Source: Octopus bimaculoides (Eukaryota). Taken from it: a stretch of 41,048 nt of DNA. A model generated the notes under the pieces. The model searched no databases and had not been told where the DNA came from. It was given only the letters and a program-made list of their open reading frames with translations. The stretch lies in the NCBI RefSeq assembly GCF_001194135.2, contig NC_068981.1, forward strand, positions 68,343,640 through 68,384,687, written 5' to 3'. The translations under genes were made by a program, and so were the position numbers. Shown here piece by piece: positions 10,914 through 23,148 of the stretch. Numbering within the stretch: position 1 is the stretch's first letter; each line of letters begins with the position of its first letter.

Positions 10914-12339
10914 GTATGCGTGTTTGTGTGCTCGTGTGTGTCTTTGTGTGTGTGCGCGCACGCAGATGTGTGTACACTATTCCGTATCGCTTGAGTGACT
11001 TATGCAAATTGTTTTTAGGAAGCAAATTCCTAGATGTATTTGCATTGTGTATATTGCGACGTTTGAGCTAATATTGTTTTTAAAAACTCATTTCTTGAAA
11101 TAAAACCTTACCAAAGTAATACGTTTCTTTATATTTTTATTAGTTTTGAAAAATATATGTTCGCAAAATTGCGGATATGAGTGAAATTTATATATCTCGA
11201 ACGATCCCTGTGATGTTGCCAAAAGAAGCATGACAATTTTTAATTTCTTCATTTACAGGATAGAAACAAAGAAATGAAATTACTGTAGCTTGGCGTCTTC
11301 TTATTTTACACGCGAGTATGCATGAAATTTTATACAGAATTTGATACTTTTATTATTGAAAAATATTCATCAACATTTTCAACAATACATCTTTACTCCG
11401 TTAACTACCTTTGTATTAAATAACTGCCTACAAATATTCTCTGCGCTGTTGCATGACGTGCTAGATATTGTAGCCGAAAACCTTCAAAATGTGTCTTAAA
11501 TAAGCATGATACGTTAGATTATGTAGTTTAAAATATACATAAGAGGTCCACATCGGAATATCTTTCCTTCTATGAAACCCCGTGAAGCAATGTTAATGGG
11601 AACAGTAAACTATCTTTAACATTTGTAAGTCATTTGGAAAGAACTCATTTGATACTTCAAAATCAAATTTATGTCTAATTACTAAGTATTTTTTTTTTCA
11701 AAAAAATACAAGCTTGCTAGTAAACTGACCACCTGCTAGTAAGCAGGTAGGTCAGTTCCCTAGGTCAGTCAGTTATTAGGCGTTGCAGTCAATTTGTCTG
11801 CAAAACACACGCTACTTACCATTGCAAGAATAGAAGAATATCCAAAATAGCCAATGATATTCATTATAACTTGGAAAATTCGATGTGTCGTGAGTGCTTC
11901 TCATTTGTTCACAGGACATTAACACAAATCCGCTTTCACTCTTTAGTCACTTATACTATGGATATATTAAAATGATAAAATATATAGCAATAATTTATAT
12001 AAGCATCGCTATTGTCATTTAGTTATTTGCTAACATTCATTACTTTGCATGAATTTGTTAATATAGGAGTTTCTTTAAGCATTAGCTGTCACCAAATGCC
12101 ACTAAGATTTTGGTTCGTTTGTAAGTTTGCAAATATCTCTGCTTGTTCATTAAACGGTAACAGGTTAACGTGTCTAAACACGTAATTCACAATAGTTTCA
12201 ATGACACATAAGCTTTTACTCATTTTGAAAAATACGAAAAATTTGATTTCGAATTGCCTCCGTGTTTCTTTAGCCGTATGATGTTGTGTTAAAATATATG
12301 AGTTTCATCTGGTGTACCTGGTTTGCGCTTTATGGTGTG

Positions 12340-12705
12340 CGTGCGTATTTGCGCGCGTGCATGTGTGTTGTGGGCATGTTTGTGTGCTTGTGCGTGTGTG
12401 TGTAAATGACCAGATCGTATAAGTGTAAGCAATCATCTTAACATTTCTTACATGGCTTTCTATTTAATAAGATGGACTGAACAACCAGTGAATATAATAC
12501 TTACCTAAAACGTCTGAAATGGCTATTTTATGACTCAAAAGTATATATACGTACATATATATATATATACACAAATGCATGAACATATAGATACATATAT
12601 ACACAAATACGCGCGCGCGCACACACATGCAGGCGCGCACACACATATACACATATGTGTACACATTTAGGAACGCGTGTGTGCTTTGCATGTGTATGTG
12701 TGTCG
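12340..12705. repeat. Degenerate (TG)n/(TA)n/(CA)n microsatellite patches
   Basis: Direct reading. Confidence 0.75.
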
Positions 12706-13297
12706 ATCACATGTGTATTTTCTTATCGGATGTAGAATATTTGGGCCACCTGATGTTGCAAATGTTAATTGTTACATAGAATTATCTCTTGAAATATATG
12801 AGAAGGTTAATGGCCATGAATGTAAAACCTCCATCTTTACTCATGTAATGTGCTATTCATTGAATTATGCATTTGTGTCTCAAAATGTCTGAATGTTAAT
12901 GATAAGCAGCTGGATTAGCGTAGTTGATTGATTTCGATATTTCACTTGCTATCACAACTAAAATAGTTCAGTTGTTCACCTTTAACCTTACTACAGGGAA
13001 TAAATTGTTAGTCCATTAATGGCCTTTTGTCATTTTATGGAACATTAACAATGAATTTCAAAGAGAAAATATATTTCTAATAATGCTTTCTTAGATTGGC
13101 AGTAAGCCATACATTAAAAGAGAGGAATGTAGTGCCGATTGAACTGACATCCAATATAATATTTTAGTGAAAGCGGCAAAGCCAACTTTGGCAGAATTTG
13201 AACGCACACCATAATGCAGTAGCTAAATCCTGTAAGCGATTTCGTCTTGTATTCTGTAGATATTGCCTCATTGTTAAAATTAATGTTACTGTCTTCT

Positions 13298-13516
13298 AGT
13301 ATTAGTGTCAAAGTTTGTCACAAGTTCCGCTATTTCGAGGGAAGGAGCAATTCGATTACATCAACCACAGCGCTCATTTGTATTTATCTTATCAACTCCG
13401 ACGAGATGCAAGGCAAACTCGACCTCAGCGAAATTTGAAATCAGAACGTAAACACGGACGAAATGCCGCTAAGCATTCCTCCCTGCGTGCAAATGTTTCT
13501 GCCTGCTCGCCGCTCC
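13298..13516 (-). mobile_element. SINE family A, near full length
   Basis: Reverse complement gcggcgagcaggcagaaac..gaatgcttagcggcatttcgtccg..ttcaaatttcgctgaggtcgagtttgcc matches the copy at 29791. Confidence 0.88.
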
Positions 13517-13999
13517 ACTGCCAACTAATATTCGAACAGTCACACATGTTTGTGGACGAATCGGCGATGAAGGAAACTTATACATGNNNNNNNNNNNNNN
13601 NNNNNNNNNNNNNNNNNNNNNNNNNNNNNNNNNNNNNNNNNNNNNNNNNNNNNNNNNNNNNNNNNNNNNNNNNNNNNNNNNNNNNNNNNNNNNNNNNNNN
13701 NNNNNNNNNNNNNNNNNNNNNNNNNNNNNNNNNNNNNNNNNNNNNNNNNNNNNNNNNNNNNNNNNNNNNNNNNNNNNNNNNNNNNNNNNNNNNNNNNNNN
13801 NNNNNNNNNNNNNNNNNNNNNNNNNNNNNNNNNNNNNNNNNNNNNNNNNNNNNNNNNNNNNNNNNNNNNNNNNNNNNNNNNNNNNNNNNNNNNNNNNNNN
13901 NNNNNNNNNNNNNNNNNNNNNNNTATATATATATATATATATGGGGAGCTATACGACCAGAATGATATAAAGCGTCTTTCGGGGAACATGACCTAATAC

Positions 14000-14480
14000 A
14001 AGTATTATCATTTCAAAATTCAACCTGCAGCTCCTAAAGGACCACACTGGGTAACATAACAAGCGTTCACATCTCTTACAAACTGACCGTACAATTTCTT
14101 TTCCTTCTATGCTTTTTTGTTCATTTCCTGTTTATTTTTTCTTTCGTTACACAATGTTTAGTTTTGATGATGCAGGCTTTCTTAGTGTGTTTCAAAAGTG
14201 GTTACAAGTCATTGTTGATATACCGCACTAAGCTGTTTTACTCTGCTTCGATATAGTCAGGCCAGTAATGGAACCTCTCTCGCCATTTCTTTTGGACAAG
14301 TACGGCATATCGGTATCATTCTTAGTGTCGAAGGCTCCGTGTACTGTCAACATTTTTCTGGTCTTGGTATTCATTTCCTTCACTTCTCGCTTTTTCCATT
14401 TTATAATTCTCGCTCCATACCGAAGTGATGCTGTCGCCCACGTATTAACTGCTTGGATTATATTCCAACCAGTCAATTTT
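14000..14480 (-). mobile_element. Dong/R4-clade non-LTR retrotransposon fragment (post-RT region), older copy
   Basis: NIIQAVNTWATASLRYGARIIKWKKREVKEMNTKTRKMLTVHGAF..LSKRNGERG, then KKLYGQFVRD; matches the R4/Dong pattern AINTWA..LRY..II.W....LDRKTRK.LT.hGA.HPKS. Confidence 0.82.
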
Positions 14481-14483
14481 GAG

Positions 14484-14652
<169 letters not shown>

Positions 14653-15232
14653 NNNNNNNNNNNNNNNNNNNNNNNNNNNNNNNNNNNNNNNNNNNNNNNN
14701 NNNNNNNNNNNNNNNNNNNNNNNNNNNNNNNNNNNNNNNNNNNNNNNNNNNNNNNNNNNNNNNNNNNNNNNNNNNNNNNNNNNNNNNNNNNNNNNNNNNN
14801 NNNNNNNNNNNNNNNNNNNNNNNNNNNNNNNNNNNNNNNNNNNNNNNNNNNNNNNNNNNNNNNNNNNNNNNNNNNNNNNNNNNNNNNNNNNNNNNNNNNN
14901 NNNNNNNNNNNNNNNNNNNNNNNNNNNNNNNNNNNNNNNNNNNNNNNNNNNNNNNNNNNNNNNNNNNNNNNNNNNNNNNNNNNNNNNNNNNNNNNNNNNN
15001 NNNNNNNNNNNNNNNNNNNNNNNNNNNNNNNNNNNNNNNNNNNNNNNNNNNNNNNNNNNNNNNNNNNNNNNNNNNNNNNNNNNNNNNNNNNNNNNNNNNN
15101 NNNNNNNNNNNNNNNNNNNNNNNNNNNNNNNNNNNNNNNNNNNNNNNNNNNNNNNNNNNNNNNNNNNNNNNNNNNNNNNNNNNNNNNNNNNNNNNNNNNN
15201 NNNNNNNNNNNNNNNNNNNNNNNNNNNNNNNN

Positions 15233-15485
15233 CTGGGGGTGGTTTGTGTTCCCACCAGTTTTTATAATGGGGCAAGTCCAGGTTTTTGCATGTTACCTAG
15301 TGAATATATTGTGCAGCTCTATCATGCCTGTTGAGATACTCTGTAGGCGCAAGCAGACTGCACATGGAGACAACATGATCGATGGTCTCATTTTGTTGTT
15401 GGCATATACGACATAATGGGGAGCTGCCGTTCTTTAATATGTTGGCCTGGTAGTTCTTTGTAGGTAGGCATTGATCTTGGGCTGC
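15233..15485 (-). mobile_element. Dong/R4-clade retrotransposon fragment with CCHC zinc knuckle, 5'-truncated; probably continues into the gap
   Basis: AAQDQCLPTKNYQANILKNGSSPLCRICQQQNETIDHVVSMCSLLAPTEYLNRHDRAAQYIH*VTCKNLDLPHYKNWWEHKPP. Confidence 0.9.
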
Positions 15486-15553
<68 letters not shown>

Positions 15554-15580
15554 ATCATTATTTTTATTATTATTATTAAG
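15484..15580. repeat. (TTA)n microsatellite
   Basis: Direct reading. Confidence 0.95.
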
Positions 15581-15792
15581 AATGTGCCAAGCAGGCAGAA
15601 TCTTTAGCACGCTTGACAAAATGCATAACATCCTATATTCCAGTCTTTTTTGATCAATGATAAAATCCCACCGATGTCGAATTTCTCTCTCATCCTTTTG
15701 GGATCGATAAAATAAGTACCAATTGCGCACTGTGATTGATACAATCGACTTGCCCCTGCTATTTTCAAGCCGCGTGACAATATCATAAAGTT
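15577..15792 (+). mobile_element. SINE family A copy between (ATT)n arrays
   Basis: gcaggcagaatctttagcacgc..caaaatgc..catccttttgggatcgataaaataagtacca..atcgacttgcccc. Confidence 0.82.
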
Positions 15793-15890
15793 TTATTGTC
15801 ATTATTAGCATTATTATTTCTATTATTACTATTATTATTAGTATCAGTATTAGTATTATTACTATTATCATCATCATCATTATTATTATA

Positions 15891-17651
15891 GTTAAGACGA
15901 AGAATGTGATTCGATTGTAATAGATATTTTATTGGTTGAACGATATTTCAACAGCAAGTCTGTCTTTGTCAAGTTCAAAAATTCAAAATTATAGAAATTT
16001 AAATGCATAGTATGAAGGAGAGCAACCAGCGTCCACACGTGGATGGGATAGCATCATCAGTTTTAAAGTTTCAATTTTATAACAGGCGAAAAGAAAAAGA
16101 CAGAAAAAGGTGACAGGAAAAAGGAAAGAAAAAGAGTAAAAGAAAAATATTTTATCAATCCATTTAGTATAAATTTGATGATATTCTCCTGTCGTCTTAA
16201 TCATTCCTCCAGAGCGTGATGTTAATAACCCGCAAATATATTTCTTCTCATACATTCTGAGAAATGAAAGTGAAGCAGATTCAGAATATTTTCTGAGAAT
16301 ATGCACGTTCAAGTTCTTTTCAAAATTGCAGCCGCTTGAAATGAAATGTCTAGCAAGTTCTGTCGAACTACTGTTATTGTGCCTGACGCCGAATCTGTGC
16401 CCATTAAACCTTTTGTTTAATTGTTCTGTTGTACAACCAACATAAATCAAATTGTATTTCGTTCATTCTGCATCGTACGCCAAATGGGAATCTTTATATG
16501 TCCCACCTCCTGTATAAATCATAACATTTCTGTTATGATTTCTGATAGAATTCACTTCTCCCATGTTGTTGCACAATGAACATAGCTTAACTCTTTTGCG
16601 GCTGTTCTTCAAGGTACAGCGCGCAGATACTCCAATGTTCGTTTTCGTGGAGTCAGAACTAGCGATCAATAATTCTCTTATTTTCTTATTCCATCTAAAG
16701 GCTACAATAGGCGGCTGAGGAAATATCTGTTTGAAACGAGGATATTTTTTCGCCACGTTCTGGTAACTTTCATACAACGCCATTGAAATGCCAGCGAAAT
16801 GTCGGTGCCAGTTAATCACTAAAGGAATTCTGTCATCTATTGTATTTTGCTTGCTAAAATTATGCGTGAAGGTTAGACTATCTGTTCTAATCCTAGCTAT
16901 TTCATTTGCCATTTCCTTTAATCATGATTCACTGTAACCGCGTTTGACATAATGTTATACAAAAGCATTTGCATCTTTGCAGTATTCCCATATGTCAGTA
17001 CAAATGCATTTTATCCTCAAAAATTGGGATTTCGGATTTGACCGAATGAGATGATGCGGAGGAGATAAATGTGGGATGACGTAGCCTTGCAAAATATCTC
17101 TGTCACTATTCTGCGTCCAGAAAACGATTTTTGTGTCCAAAAAAATTCAACGCTAGTTTTTGAAAAATTACACGCAAATTTTATGTTGGACTTAAATCCA
17201 TACTTTCTAGCATAACAGTCATAGAAATGCAATACAATTCATTAAACTATCCTGTGATCCTTCCCAGATAAAAAAAAAAAATGTCATCAATGAACCGTAA
17301 CCAGAGTATTGGTTCATGATCATGAATGGATTTGAAGTCTTCAGTGTCTTCAGTGTCACGAATTTCGTCATGAAGACATTAGCGAAATTAAATGCCGCAA
17401 TGGTTTAACCCTTCGTCTGCTGGTAAAATCTTTGTTTCGAATTCAATAATCTACAGAGACAATTTGATGGAGTACTTTTCTTTAACCGCTTTTCGAAGGC
17501 ATCCATGCATGCTTCTAACACTTCATTGTGGTCAGTATTGGGAAAAAGCATCCGCGGTTACCAAAAAACAGTTCTTGACATGACCTCGGTGCTTAAAAAT
17601 GTTGTTGATTTTAGATACAAAATCAAAGTATATCTAAAATCAACAACATTT
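15891..17651 (-). mobile_element. Penelope-like retroelement, 5'-truncated, degenerate RT and GIY-YIG endonuclease
   Basis: FLVTAD, ANVFM, LRFIDDI..IWEG (RT catalytic motif), FSKTSVEF, KSQFLRIKCIC, RIPLVINW, IFPQPPIVAFRWNK, IYVGCTTEQLNKRFNGHR (GIY-YIG); AATAAA near 15930. Confidence 0.93.
15936..15978 (-). ncRNA. Minimal type I hammerhead ribozyme motif, U3-A8 core variant
   Basis: Minus strand TTGAAC-TTGACAA-A-GACAG acttg CTGTT-GAAA-TATC-GTTCAA: 6-bp stem I, 5-bp stem II, palindromic ATAT stem III, AUC site; located in the Penelope 3' terminus. Confidence 0.7.
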
Positions 17652-17654
17652 GAT

Positions 17655-17689
17655 ATTATTATTAAGTGTTATTATTATTATTATTATTA

Positions 17690-17745
<56 letters not shown>

Positions 17746-17810
17746 GTTGTTATTATTATTATTATTATTATTATCATCACTGTTGTTGTTGTCGTTATTG
17801 TTGTTGCTAT
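17655..17810. repeat. (TAT)n microsatellite grading into (TGT)n
   Basis: Direct reading. Confidence 0.95.
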
Positions 17811-17995
17811 TAAGGCAATGTTCTCCACGATCGATAGAGCGTCTGTTGTCTATACATTACTTTTTTTGATCGAGTCCATTTTCTCACAGGACCAACATTA
17901 TTTTCTCTTTCATTAGATGAAATAAGGTACCGGTCATATTCTGGGGATCAATGTCATCGAGTAATCCCTGTTTACAAAGTAGCTAACCTTCAATG
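17810..17995 (+). mobile_element. SINE family A, diverged copy
   Basis: taaggc..atcgatagagcgtc..gatgaaataaggtaccggtca..ctggggatcaatgtcatcgagt. Confidence 0.65.
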
Positions 17996-18014
17996 AAATA
18001 GGCAACATGAGTTT

Positions 18015-18200
18015 TAGCATCAACACCAACATCAACAACAGCAGACACAGCAGCAGAAGCAGAGGCAGTATCAGACGCTATATGAGGATTAGTAGCAAAT
18101 GCATTAGCAGCTGCAACAGCGGCAGCAGCATTAGCAGCAGCAACAGCAGCGATGGTTGTTGTGGCATTAGTAGTAGTAGTAGTGTTGGTAGTTGTGGTAT
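18015..18200. repeat. Degenerate (CAA)/(CAG)/(TAG) low-complexity tract
   Basis: cagcagcaacagcagc..agtagtagtagt. Confidence 0.8.
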
Positions 18201-19097
18201 TTTTCTATACTGGTATCTCATTTTTTGAGCTTCCAGATCAGCTGAGAAATTCCATACTTTATAGTTAATTATTTTTTTCTAAGGTTTGAATAACCCCCGA
18301 TTTTCATACGACTGGAATATTATATTTTATTTTAAATTTATTTCGTCTATATGCATTACGCGCTTATGTATACTCACACACATAGAGGTAAATTATTAAG
18401 CTTTAAATTGTCACACGTACGCATTCATACGCATATAATTACGTATATTTATGTGCCTATATATATATATACATACANNNNNNNNNNNNNNNNNNNNNNN
18501 NNNNNNNNNNNNNNNNNNNNNNNNNNNNNNNNNNNNNNNNNNNNNNNNNNNNNNNNNNNNNNNNNNNNNNNNNNNNNNNNNNNNNNNNNNNNNNNNNNNN
18601 NNNNNNNNNNNNNNNNNNNNNNNNNNNNNNNNNNNNNNNNNNNNNNNNNNNNNNNNNNNNNNNNNNNNNNNNNNNNNNNNNNNNNNNNNNNNNNNNNNNN
18701 NNNNNNNNNNNNNNNNNNNNNNNNNNNNNNNNNNNNNNNNNNNNNNNNNNNNNNNNNNNNNNNNNNNNNNNNNNNNNNNNNNNNNNNNNNNNNNNNNNNN
18801 NNNNNNNNNNNNNNNNNNNNNNNNNNNNNNNNNNNNNNNNNNNNNNNNNNNNNNNNNNNNNNNNNNNNNNNNNNNNNNNNNNNNNNNNNNNNNNNNNNNN
18901 NNNNNNNNNNNNNNNNNNNNNNNNNNNNNNNNNNNNNNNNNNNNNNNNNNNNNNNNNNNNNNNNNNNNNNNNNNNNNNNNNNNNNNNNNNNNNNNNNNNN
19001 NNNNNNNNNNNNNNNNNNNNNNNNNNNNNNNNNNNNNNNCGTATGTCTCTATATAGGTATGTATGTAAGTATGCGACCGCGCGCGTGTGTGTGTGTG

Positions 19098-19388
19098 AAG
19101 GCGCATGGCTCAGTGGTTAGAGCATCAAGCTTACGATCGTAAGGTTGTGAGTTCGAATCCCGGACCGGGCTGCGTGTTATGTTCTTGAGCAAGACACTTT
19201 ATTTCACGTTACTCCAGTTCACTCGGCTGTAGAAATGAGTTTCGACGTCACTGAGGCCTAGCTGCATCGGCCTTTGCCTTTCCCTTGGAGAGGGAAGGCC
19301 GGTATGCATGGGCGACTGCTGATCTTCCAAAGACAGCTCGGACTTATCCATGGGAAGGTAACTTTCTAGGTGCAATCCCATGGTCAGT
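19098..19388 (+). mobile_element. tRNA-derived SINE family B, near full length
   Basis: Pol III A box tggctcagtgg (19106-19116), B box gttcgaatcc (19151-19160), then tgttcttgagcaagacacttt body. Confidence 0.9.
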
Positions 19389-19391
19389 TAT

Positions 19392-19487
19392 ATATTTTAC
19401 TTGGTTCAGTTATTAGCCTTCGGCCATGCTGTGGCACCGCCTTGAAGTGCTGGGGTTGACCGAATCGACCCTAGTACTATTATTCTT
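19392..19487 (-). mobile_element. SINE family C 3' tail fragment
   Basis: Reverse complement ggtcgattcggtcaac..aaggcggtgccacagcatggccg..actgaaccaagtaaaa matches the tails at 19745-19830 and 22770-22846. Confidence 0.75.
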
Positions 19488-19585
19488 TGTAATGCTGTAT
19501 ATATGGGTGTATGTGTGTGTGTGTGTGTGTGTGTTTGTGTGCGTTTGTGTATATATATGTTTATATACACATAACNNNNNNNNNN

Positions 19586-19617
<32 letters not shown>

Positions 19618-19626
<9 letters not shown>

Positions 19627-19833
19627 TTGTGTGTCTGTTTGTCACCCAGCATTGCTTGACAACCGGTGCTGGTGTGTTTATGTCCCCGTAATCGAGCGGT
19701 TCGGCAAAGGGATCGATAAAATAAGTACTAGACTTATAAAGAATAAGCTCTGGGGTCGATTTGCATGACTATGTATGCGGTGCTATAGCATGCCCGCAAT
19801 CACATGACTGAAACCAGTGAAAGAGTAAAAAAG
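19618..19833 (+). mobile_element. SINE family C, 3' half
   Basis: gcttgacaaccggtgctggtgtgtttatgtccccgtaa..gaataag..ggggtcgatttg..atgactgaaaccagtgaaagagt. Confidence 0.88.
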
Positions 19834-20537
19834 ATATGCTTGTGGTGTGTGTCTGCGTGTGTGTTTGTGTGTGTGTGTGTAAATTCTCACTTTAAATAGC
19901 CTATTGTCTAATCACGTGAATCTTTGAAATTGTAGAAAACTTTATATGCTGAAGCTGCATTAGCGCTAACAATGTACTATGATAAACGCTGAACAGAGAA
20001 CGAGCTGCCTTATCCATTTTCTTCTCCGCTACTTTCATCTCTTAATTTGAGTTTTGGCCTTGAAGACCTTATCTAATGTGAGCGAATTATAGTCGGTAGA
20101 ATTTTGTATTTTATCTGGATGAAAATTTGCGCAAATTAATTAATAGAGATCATAAATTTTCAAATGAATTGTAAATTAATTGTTTTGTTTTATACAAAAC
20201 CAACATTTTTAAAGGACTATTTTTTTTACCAGTTTTGTAATTGAGTATTTCATATCTTCTTTGGTTTCAGAATTTTTTTATTTATATGATCCTCTGAAAA
20301 ACGATGACATTGTTTGACAAACTGTCACGTGCAGTGAGTGAGGTTACTTCTCTTTCATGTGAATCACATCCATTAGCCCTCTTTAACTCTGTTCTGTAGT
20401 TTGTGTAATGAGTCATAATTTAACGTATTGCGAAATTAAAACAATACACTGCGATAAAGGGTAACATTAATAACAAAATATTTTTATCTTATTCAGCTGG
20501 CTATTACTAATTATCTTGCTATGATAGAAAGCAAACA

Positions 20538-20588
20538 TGAAATAGATGAGCTCCCTTTTACATGAATCCTGAAATAGATGAGCTCCCT
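20538..20588. repeat. 19-bp direct repeat with 13-nt spacer
   Basis: tgaaatagatgagctccct at 20538-20556 and 20570-20588. Confidence 0.9.
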
Positions 20589-22384
20589 GTTACTTGAGGA
20601 TAATTCTTGTTTCTTTTGAAAGCATTTTTAGAAATTTTGATTTTCTTTAGCCGAAGGTCGTTCCTGATGGTGCATCAGATTGCTTAAATGAATTTCAAAC
20701 TACAACGTAACATTTTCGTTGTATATATAACACTACGTTGTTCTCTATACCCTCTCTTCTTTAGTATGGCAGGATATGATACGAGAGATGTGATTGTTTT
20801 CTCTAGCATTTTCGGAACCCTGGAGAGGCTCTACTCATGAAAAGTAAAACAGTGAGCTAGCTCACATTGTCACATACAATAAATTATTGAACAATATTTA
20901 ACTTCAATACAAATATTTGATAAGGCGAGTGCTGCGCATTGTAGCGGAACTCGATTTTCGGGCAGTTTAAAAAAACTGAAATGTTACATTCGTTATGAAA
21001 AGTCAACGCCCCACATCTAATCCGAAGACACTGTTGAGAGATATATGAATATCAGGCTTTCTATTTCTATGGCTTCAAGTACAACTGATATCCACTTTGT
21101 GGAAATAAAAAGAGTATTCAAAACGAGAGATAGAAATATTTTAAACCATTTGTTATATGGATTCTTAAAAAAAAACATTAATATACGGTTTCTCAAAAAC
21201 TGTGGACAATGTTTTTGAGGAGAAGAAATTTCGGTGAGACAGTCCATGAAAGGAAACTCTTTCATAGACTAGACCAACCAATTCAGAAAGGAAACCGAAA
21301 GCAGAAACAATGTTTTTGGCGATCTGGCACTAGGTGGAACTCTTGGGACAAAATATTTTAATGAGTAGACAAAACAATTACTTACATACTTAACTTTACT
21401 AAAATGTAAGAACACTAAATATATTGCAGAATTCAACGCCCTTATATTTGGCTCCGGTTTTTGGATATTAAGTGAGTGTTATAATTTGGGGAAATGTCTT
21501 CTCATCGCTTCTACTCTGTTCATTTGTCTCAAAAGTGTAGATGCCTTTCTCATTCACATTAACTGTGTAATGAAATGTGCATTATTTTAAATGCTGGGCA
21601 TAACTGATTCCATTTTGACTCAAGTAATCAATAGTCCGTTTTGAAGTAGAAATATTACTATTATATATTACATATTGCTCGAAAAACATCTCCTTGTCTA
21701 TGAACTATTATGGTCTATTGTTGTTTACATGACAAAAGGAATAAAAAAAACACAAAACAATTCAAATGATATTCTTTGAATAATTCCTGATACTTTATTC
21801 CTGGAAACAATTCTATATAGGATCTGATTAATTTCCTCTTTGATTGGTCATATCCTATTCTTAGAAATTAATGATTGAAAATTATTGAATTGCCAAATAT
21901 TAACGCACGATGTAGATATTAACCCCTTTCCACGGGTTTGGAGTGCTAGTTCGCCGACCATGCAGTGTTACTGTAACAACATATATTGCATCCAGCAAAC
22001 ATTATATATAATGCATAGATGGAAATAGCATTCAATGCCCTACAACGATGCTGCATGTGTATATAAAGAGAGTGTATATACATCAAGACATTTATCGTAT
22101 AGAGGAAGGAATATGAATTTCAATGGCTTATTTTAAGATAATATAAACTATATTGTTATTGTTCACGATTGTTGTTTCTTCATATGAATTTACATCAATG
22201 AAGAATCAAATAGTGTTTGCGTATAAGACTCGCTACGGATATGCATCATGGTACATGAAATATTTGCACGCCAATTAAACCATATGGGATTCGGCTCCGT
22301 TGATAAACATATTCATCATTCGTCTTCGCTTCTACAAACAAGCATACTGAAGGGGTACATAATTGTGTCTATGTTTTCTCTTTA

Positions 22385-22846
22385 CATAGGAGTGGTTGTG
22401 TGGTAAGAAGATTCCTTCTCAACCACATGGTTCCGGGTTCAGTCCCACGGGGTATTGTCCTGAGCAAGTGTCCTCGACCATAGCCTCGGGCTCACTATAG
22501 TCTTGTGAATGGATTTGGTATAAGGAACCCGAAAGAAAACCGTCGTGCGTGTATATATATATATATATATNNNNNNNNNNNNNATATACATACACATATA
22601 TATATATATTATATATATATATGTGTGTGTGTGTGTGTATTTGTGTGGGTGTCTATGTTTAACCTCGCCACTATCGCTTGACAACAAATGTTGGTGTTTA
22701 CTTTCCGGTTACTTAACTGCTCGGAAAAATATACCGATTGAATACATACTCGGCTTACAAAGAATAAGTCGTGGGGTTGATTTGTTCGACTAAAGGCAGT
22801 GCCCCGGCATGACCGCTGCCAAATAACCTAAAGAAGTAAAAGAATA
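22385..22846 (+). mobile_element. SINE family C, full length with internal microsatellite
   Basis: ggagtggttgtgtggtaagaag..ggttccgggttcagtccc head, central (TA)/(TG) tract, tail gactaaaggcagtgc..agtaaaagaata. Confidence 0.9.
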
Positions 22847-23148
22847 CACGAACCTCTCTCTCTCTCTCTCTTTCTCTCACTCTCTATATATATAGCACTT
22901 CGGGCTGTCCTTTAAGTAAACAACGCACAGAGTAAACTGGATAAGAAATTATATAAATCCACCAATATAACTATAATTATCACTGGAAAATACCCACACG
23001 GATTCTATACATGGATCTTTTTTTTTTTTTGAAATCGAACTATACTCCAAGTACTTTTTCTTCTTTGTTTTTTCTTCACCGCATCGCTCTCATTTCTTAC
23101 TGCATATCTTCTCACACAGATGTAATAATCCTTATCTTTTACTATTAC

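Noticed and set aside
19100-19172. tRNA-like sequence with A and B boxes
   Set aside because: No proper acceptor stem, and it continues into a SINE body, so it is a SINE head and not a tRNA gene.
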